NCBI RefSeq assembly: GCF_009914755.1
Contig: NC_060927.1
DNA length: 64,000 nt
Source of the DNA: the human T2T-CHM13v2.0 reference genome, Homo sapiens
Direction: 5' to 3' (one strand)
In this document: in pieces, positions 57,251 through 64,000 of the stretch
Layout of the letters: each line of letters begins with the position of its first letter
How positions within the stretch are numbered: position 1 is the stretch's first letter
Notes under the pieces: model-generated
The model's input: only the letters and a program-made list of their open reading frames with translations
Database searches by the model: none
Told to the model about the DNA's origin: nothing
Position numbers and translations under genes: made by a program

Positions 57251-59833
57251 CAAAGACCAGGTTTGTTGCACTCTTGGGGGCACTGTGTGTTATATTCCCG
57301 AGGGAAAAGAAAGACACTGCCTAAAATGATACTTTGAAAACCATACCTCCACTGGGTTGATCTGAGGACTGCTGAGCTGGTAGTTATGCCCAGGGAAGAA
57401 ATAACTCTCCGTATGATCCACTTTTTTGTGAACCACAACAAGAAGAGAGAGGTGGTGTTTAATATTTAACAAATGATAAGGCATGGATAGAAATCAAATT
57501 AAAGATCCTGGGCTTAAGCCTGAAGCAGGGCCTTGGAGGTCACCTGATTGTGTCAGTCACAAGGAGGCCCAGAAAGTTCCCAGAGACGGGGCAGTCAGGG
57601 TGAGGAACACCTGGAGGGATTTGGGACAGCAACCATATTCCAATTAGTTTAGAGAGTTTTTTTTTTTTTCTTATTTTGATGTCTAAGTATGAGTCAGTTG
57701 CCTACCAGCTGAACACCAGCTTTCCAGTGAAAACCAGTTCCAGTGAAACCAGTCAGTTTGAGGCACTGCGATGTTTCCTAACTTGCCAGGTGACAAGTTG
57801 CACACCTGCCCCTATTGCTATAAAGCCTTGTTTGTTTTCTAGTGGAGGGGGCAGGAAGACAAGTGGCTCTGCACAGAGAATTTTTTGTCTGCTTCAGCTG
57901 TTTTCTTATTTTAAAGCCAATGTCAGTAGAAGTAGTCCTTGTTTTTTTCAGCATTGTTTACTTTCCAATATTTATACGGGGTTATCTATCATGCCCTTCC
58001 CTGGAGCACTATTTTATAAAGGATAAGCAAGTTTAGCTCCTTCAGCTTCTCCTAAATTTTAAATAAGAGAAGAATTCTACATGTTCCTTTTTTTTGCCTA
58101 TAGTGATTAAGATGAAAGCCAAAAAATGTCTCAGCTCCTCTAATTGTCTTCCCCATGAGTGATTATTTTTATTCTTCTAGATTCAAAATCTGATTTAAAA
58201 ATTCTGTAAAACACATTGTTTTTTACATGAAGTCAATTATTCCCCATGTCTTATGTACTTTGTTGATATGAACTTAAATACTTGGTTAATTTAAAATGCA
58301 GAAGGTGTTGAACCTGTTTGATTTGGTTCCCAGATTTTGCTTTCGTCCCAATTCCATATGTAGCTGGAGAGAGGTGTCAGGGGCTCAATGATCCATTATG
58401 CTCCCCCACATTTATTGGGGTGCTCTTGCACCAGGAGATTACTGGAGGCTAGAGGACTTTTCTGGATGTGGGGTGGGGGCAAGGGGTGTGAAGGACTTGT
58501 AGCTATCTATTTTCTATATATTCTCTGTATAATTTTCACCTGTAAGCACAATAGCATTTATAAACAGAATGGGAAAAGATTTTTATCAAGACTCTCTACT
58601 TTTCTCATTTGTCAGAAGGGACATTTTATGGCTGCTTTCTCCAAACTTTCAGAGTAAATCAGTAGCTAAACGAGGACTTTGTCACTAACCTCAGAGTTGA
58701 TGATGGAGTTGTGAATTTTGTCTTGTTAAAATAACTTTCTATTGAAGCTTCCTTTCCACTCCAATTTTTGGATTTTGTGGTCTCCCATCTATTCTTTCAA
58801 TCCCAATAGGGAGCTTATTATTTGGCAGTTTCCTCTGAAACATTATGGTTCTGGAAGTTGACTCTGGATTGATCTCCACTGATCCTGTCAGCAGGGACCG
58901 TGGGACTAGCCTGTCTCCCATTAAGACCTATTCTTCGACTAAACCAAATTCCCTGAGGAAGCTGGGCTGAGCTAGCTGGGACCACGTGTGACGTTATAGC
59001 GTGGTATCAGGCAGGCAGACTTCTGATGGCCCATTCAGTTTCAGTAGATGCCTGGATTTTCTACTGGCACTGAGCCAGAGGCTGCTAGGCTCAGAGGTGC
59101 CTCTAACCTCACTTGGTGACTTCATTTTCAAAACCGAACCTGAGAAACTGGCAATCTGTCATATCTAGACTCAAAAGCAATGGGCCACAATATCTTGTCT
59201 GTGTAAGGCACTCATGCTTCTTTGCCACATTATTTGATAATGGTTTCATGTCATGAATGCACAAGTAGAGAGATCTTATGGAAAATATATTGGCATGAAT
59301 AAGGACAGGCATATATTTGCTGTCACCCTTCTCTAAAGGTGGAAGAATAACCTGGTGTAGAGGATGATGGAATCAGAGTTAAGAGACGTAGGTCCTTGCC
59401 ATGCTGGCAAGAACTAAGTGAGGCACTGGACTTCTTTGTGCCAAGGATTCATGGAAAATGCCATGGGGGTCATTCTCTGGTTAACAGAGGTCACCTGAGG
59501 ATCTGAGTAAAAACTGTGATGTCTGTTGCCTTTATAGGCAAAATGAATAGGTTAAGGTATTGACTGTGAAGTCCAGGGGAAGTGATGATGCTGAAAGGTA
59601 ACATGTAAAGTGATGGTGGGAAGATGAATATCAGCATAGATGAGGAGTGGGAACCAGCAGTTCTTTAGCAGTTTTGTTCAGGTGATGGTCATGGGCTTGG
59701 TGATTGATCAGGTGTGTTCCAGAGTAGGGCAGGAAGATGCAGAGATACTATTTCAAAATCTAGGAGTAATGAACGCCGAAAAAGAAGAAAAATGAACTTA
59801 TAATGCCAAATTGAGAAAAATATAAAATGATAA

Positions 59834-60373
59834 ATATATTAGGGTTCTCTAGAGGGACAGAACTAATAGGATAGATGTATGTATGAAAGGGAGTTTATTA
59901 AGGAGTATTGACTCACACGATCACAAGTTGAAGTCCCACAATAGGCCGTCTGCAAGCTGAGGAGCAAGGAACCAGTCCAAGTCCCAAAACCTCAGAAGTA
60001 GGGAAGCCAACAGTGCAGCCTTCAGTCTGTGGCCAAAGGCCCAAGAGCCCCTGGAAAACCACTGGTGTGTAAGTCCAAGAGTCAAAAAGCTGAAGAACTT
60101 GGAGTCTGATGTTCCAGGGCAGGAAGCATCCAGCATGAGAGAAAGATGAAGGCTGGAAGACTCAGCAAGTCTGCTCTTCCATCTTCTCCTGCCTGCTATA
60201 TTCTAGCCACACTGGCAATTGATTAGATGGTGCCCACTCTGATTGAGGGTGGGTCTGCCTTGTTCAATCCACTGACTCAAATGTTAATCTCCTTTGGCAA
60301 CACTCTCACAGACACACAGGAACAATACTTTGCATCCTTCAATCCAATCAAATTGACACTATTAACCATCACA
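59834..60373 (-). mobile_element. MLT2A2 solo LTR (ERVL)
   Basis: Reverse complement TGTGATGGTTAATAGTGTCAATTTGATTGGATTGAAGGATGCAAAG...CTCTAGAGAACCCT; ~540 bp including an internal segment absent from the copy at 1-423. Confidence 0.88.
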
Positions 60374-60570
60374 GTAAAGGTTCTTCTAATAGAATATTGC
60401 CTCCATTATGTGTGCTCAAGTATCAGGAAGTAAAAGTTGAGGCCGCATGGAGAGGACCACCGAAGCAGAGTCTTTGCAGTGGAGAAGCCGGTTAACAGAG
60501 CAACTCAAAGGGCTATTTCAGACAACGTTCAAGTAGCAATTCCTCGGTAATTCCAATTTCTTTATCACAC

Positions 60571-60861
60571 TTTTTTTTTTTTCCTTGAGACTGAGTCTCA
60601 CTGTGTCACCCAGGCTGGAGTATAGTGCTATGATCTTGGCTCACTGCAATTTCTGCCTCCCGGGTTCAAGCAATTCTCCCTTCCTCAGCTTTCTGAGTCG
60701 CTGGGATTACAGGTGCCTGCCACGACACCCGACTAATTTTTGTATTTTTTAGTAAAGACAGGGTTTTGCCATGTTGGCCAGGCTGGTCTTGAACTCCTGA
60801 CCTCAGGTGATCCGCCTGCCTCGGCATCCTAAAGTGCTGGGATGAGTCACTGTGTCCAGCC
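60571..60861 (-). mobile_element. AluSx/Sz-like
   Basis: Full dimer with a small deletion near its 5' end. Confidence 0.9.
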
Positions 60862-60984
60862 CACACCATCTTATGTTGCTGAGATTTATGCCATAAACTT
60901 GAGTGCAATTTTTGATTCATTATTTGTTTTAAGGAACTATATGTGAAGCTGGTTCCTCTACCCCAGCTTCTGGTGGTTTAACAC

Positions 60985-61960
60985 AATGATAGAGCACAAG
61001 AACATTGGAGTCAGATGACTGGATTCAAATTCTAACTCTGCCCCTTACTAGCCATGTGACTTTGGGCAAGTTTCTTTCTCTCTCTCTCAATGCCTTTTTT
61101 TAGTCCTTTGCAAAAGGAAGATGATAATAGTACCTACCTCATAGGGATGTTGCAGATTTAAGAGACAGAAGATATCTAGTTCATAATAAGTGTTCAATAT
61201 ATGTTAGCTACTGTTATTATCAGTATTAGATTCACAGAGTTCCTTTAGGACTAACTGTTGTAGTAGAAGCATCATGAATTGAACACTGGGACAAACCTGG
61301 ACTTGAATAGTGACTTTTACACTTATCACCTGGGTGACCATGGGTAAGCCATTCAACTTTTTTGAGTTTCAGTTGTACCCACCTGCAAAATGGTGCTCAT
61401 GGTACTTGCATGCAGCACTGTTGGGGCTTTAAGAATGGCTCGTATGTGTAAAACATGAGGCACAGTGCCTGGTTTGAGATGGCTTTCTCATAAATAATAG
61501 CTACTATCATTACTATTGCCATTTTTTTTCTTGTATATAAACATAGGCTTAAGATTACCCATGGGTAGGAAATGTAACTGAGATTCAAGGGCTATCATTT
61601 CCTGTCCCAAAGTTAGTATTTATATTGAGCTTCTATTTATTTGCACTACTGGCTCAAACTTCTTGTCCTTTCTTGACTTTGGCCTTTGGTATCTCTTTTG
61701 ATCTTTTAAATCTTTATCCTTCTAGGCTCATCTAGATATTCTGACTTCTTGTTGAGGCCCTGCCAATTCATCCTTGATCTAAACAGCATAGCACCTACCT
61801 GGATTTAATCCTAGCTCCAGTATTTACGTTAAGCATATGACTTAACTTTTCTGAGCCTCAACCATCTTTCAAATGGTCATTCTAATAATGATCTTATTAG
61901 ATCTTTGTGAGGCCTAAATAAGACGAAGTATGATAAAGTACCTAACTATATCCACCATTC
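60985..61960 (+). mobile_element. Cluster of three MIR fragments (~60985-61220, 61270-61510, 61790-61960)
   Basis: Repeated MIR cores (tgtgactttgggcaag; tgggtaagccattcaac; cttaactttttctgagcctca). Confidence 0.65.
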
Positions 61961-61971
61961 AGACGGTGCTC

Positions 61972-62390
61972 TGTGTTAAATTGGTTGCCCTGGAAACAGA
62001 CGCTGAGGCAGAGATTTATATGTAGATTTTTGGGGGCAGTGATCTCTGGAACAATATCTATAAGAAAGTGAGGGTCACAGGATTAGGCAGAGGGGAAAGT
62101 TGAATTGCAGTGCAATTGCAAATGAGGCTTCAGCCAAACCCAAGGGAAGACTCCAATTGGGCTGATCCTTTAGGATTATCCCAAGGGGGCCCAGCTTTTG
62201 TTACTGCAACATCCAGTCATTGGATGGGGGCTACCTGGGGTGGATGGTTTAGCGTGGAGCTCCCTTTGACCAAGGGCAGTTCCTGGAGAGGGGTGCAGCT
62301 ATGAGCTGTCAGTAGGCAGCACTTCTGATAGCTGCAGGATTGAGTGCCTGTGTCCTGAAGGGGATCTGAGCACACAGCACAGTATCCACT
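61972..62390 (-). mobile_element. LTR16A-like solo LTR
   Basis: ccctggaaacagacgctgaggcagagattt...ggattaggcagagggg...cacagtatccacta. Confidence 0.75.
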
Positions 62391-62799
62391 ATATGCTCAG
62401 TAATTTTAAATTGCTTCTCTTCAATTCTTTGGCATCCATTTCCTTTCTCTTGTTGTAGCTCTAAGTTTCACCCTGATTAGCACTTGTCTTTTTCTCTAGA
62501 GAGTCCCCAATTCCGATGTTGCTCCTTTTGAGTTGAAATAGGTTATTTTATGACTTTCATCTTTCTTACCTTGGGAGCTAGTTGCAGCAGGGGTTGAGGG
62601 GTGAATTAGGGAAACCAGTTATTCATCTCTCATTGTCCAATGAATAAAGACTTAAAGTGGAGGTGGTATCTTTCCTTTTTAAATTTAATGGCCACCTCTG
62701 AACATTTGATGTTGAATCTCCTCAATTTTGTGATGAACAGATTTGGAAGGCTGTGTCTGTGCTAAACGTGAAAGAATGCTGTGCTCAGTTAATGGTGTA

Positions 62800-63628
62800 T
62801 AAGCATATATAGGCCTAGTATACTCTCACAACAGAGGACACTTCTGTAACCCCAGGTGTGTGGGAGTTTTTCCTCCCACACACCAGTCAAGCAATTCTGT
62901 GGCGGATTCTCCAGCAGACACCACCTGGTGTCCTCAATTCAATTCGATTCTGACAGTATCTACCTGGAGAGAGTGTCACATCCCACAGGTTGAGGACACA
63001 GACCCACAAGACTTTCCCCCACTTCAGATGCCAGTCGCAAGTAATAAGTTGTTACTGATACTTCTGACCAACCACACTTCCCAAGTTCAATTAATTTGCT
63101 AGAGTGGCTCACAGAACCAAGATAAGTACTTTACTTTTGTGAACTCATTCATTATAAAGGATATTACAAATGATACAGATTAACATGCATAGGACAAGGT
63201 ATGGGAAAAGGAGCATAGAGCTTCCGTGCCCTCCATGGGCATGCCACCCTCCAGAACCCTCCATGTGTTCAGCCATCTGGAAGCTCTTTGAGGGCCTGTT
63301 CTTTTGAGGTTTTTGGGGGCCTTCACTATGTAGGCATGATTGGTCAAATCATTGCCTATTAGCGATCAACTTAACCTTCAGCCCCTTTCTCCTCCCTATG
63401 GGTTAAGGAGTAGGGCTGAAAGTCTCAACCCTCTAATCGTGCCTTTATTTTCCTTGTGACCAGCTCCCATCCTGAAGCCACCCAGGGACCCCCAGCCACC
63501 AGGCATCTCATTAATATACAGAAGAGACTCATATCACTCCAGAGATTACAAGGATTTTAGGAGCTGTATGTAAGAAACAGGGTGAAGACCAAATATATAA
63601 AAATCCCATTATACATCACAATGTCACA
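62800..63628 (-). mobile_element. MER21A/B-like solo LTR
   Basis: Same motif series as 34639-35553; ends ttttaggagctgtatgtaagaaac...gaagaccaaatatata...aatgtcaca. Confidence 0.8.
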
Positions 63629-64000
63629 TGATGTCTGCTATGGGAGTGGGTTAAGAGACTGGGGGTACTCATGCTCCATTTTTGTCATTTTAAATATAGA
63701 GTTTTGTCTTCCCTTTCAATGTTAAATATAAAAATGCTTTGGCTTTTTCTGGTCTTCTGGGGTAAATTTCTATACCAATGTTCACAGCTTATTTGCCCCT
63801 TTAAAAATAATTAAGCCATATGCCTACAATTGTTTCTCAGGTCACCTTAATCACTTCTACAGCTTCATCTCCTGGAAAACTTTCCTTAAATAATTAAGAG
63901 TTCATTAAGAAAACTGGGCTACTTTCACAAATGCCTTTTTTTAAAAAAATTAATTTTAACTTTTTTGTTGTAGCAACCTGCTAGATCAACACAAATGCTT

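Overview
Human genomic DNA (an AluYa5 insertion points to Homo sapiens). It is AT-rich and CpG-poor, and roughly half of it, judged by eye, is interspersed repeats: Alu, L1, L2, L3, MIR, solo LTRs (MLT2A, MST, MLT1, MER21, LTR27, LTR40, LTR16, MER31) and DNA transposons (MER20, MER58A, MER5, MADE1, Tigger3a, MER2, MER6). I cannot support any host protein-coding exon, RNA gene or CpG island. The only recognisable protein sequences in the ORF track are broken LINE-1 ORF2 fragments and Alu-derived frames. Long T-tracts on the + strand and antisense orientation of the two large L1s suggest the interior of a long intron of a + strand gene, which I could not identify. I found no convincing novel biological system. 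The observations most worth checking are a 60-nt near-perfect GC-rich hairpin in apparently unique sequence (50001-50060), a twin-primed L1PA3-like insertion with a quasi-palindromic inversion junction, a young AluYa5, a strong CTCF motif, a tiny TSD-flanked and prematurely polyadenylated L1 fragment, and two candidate small exons. Repeat subfamily names come from recalled consensus sequences, and boundaries are approximate unless target-site duplications (TSDs) are given.
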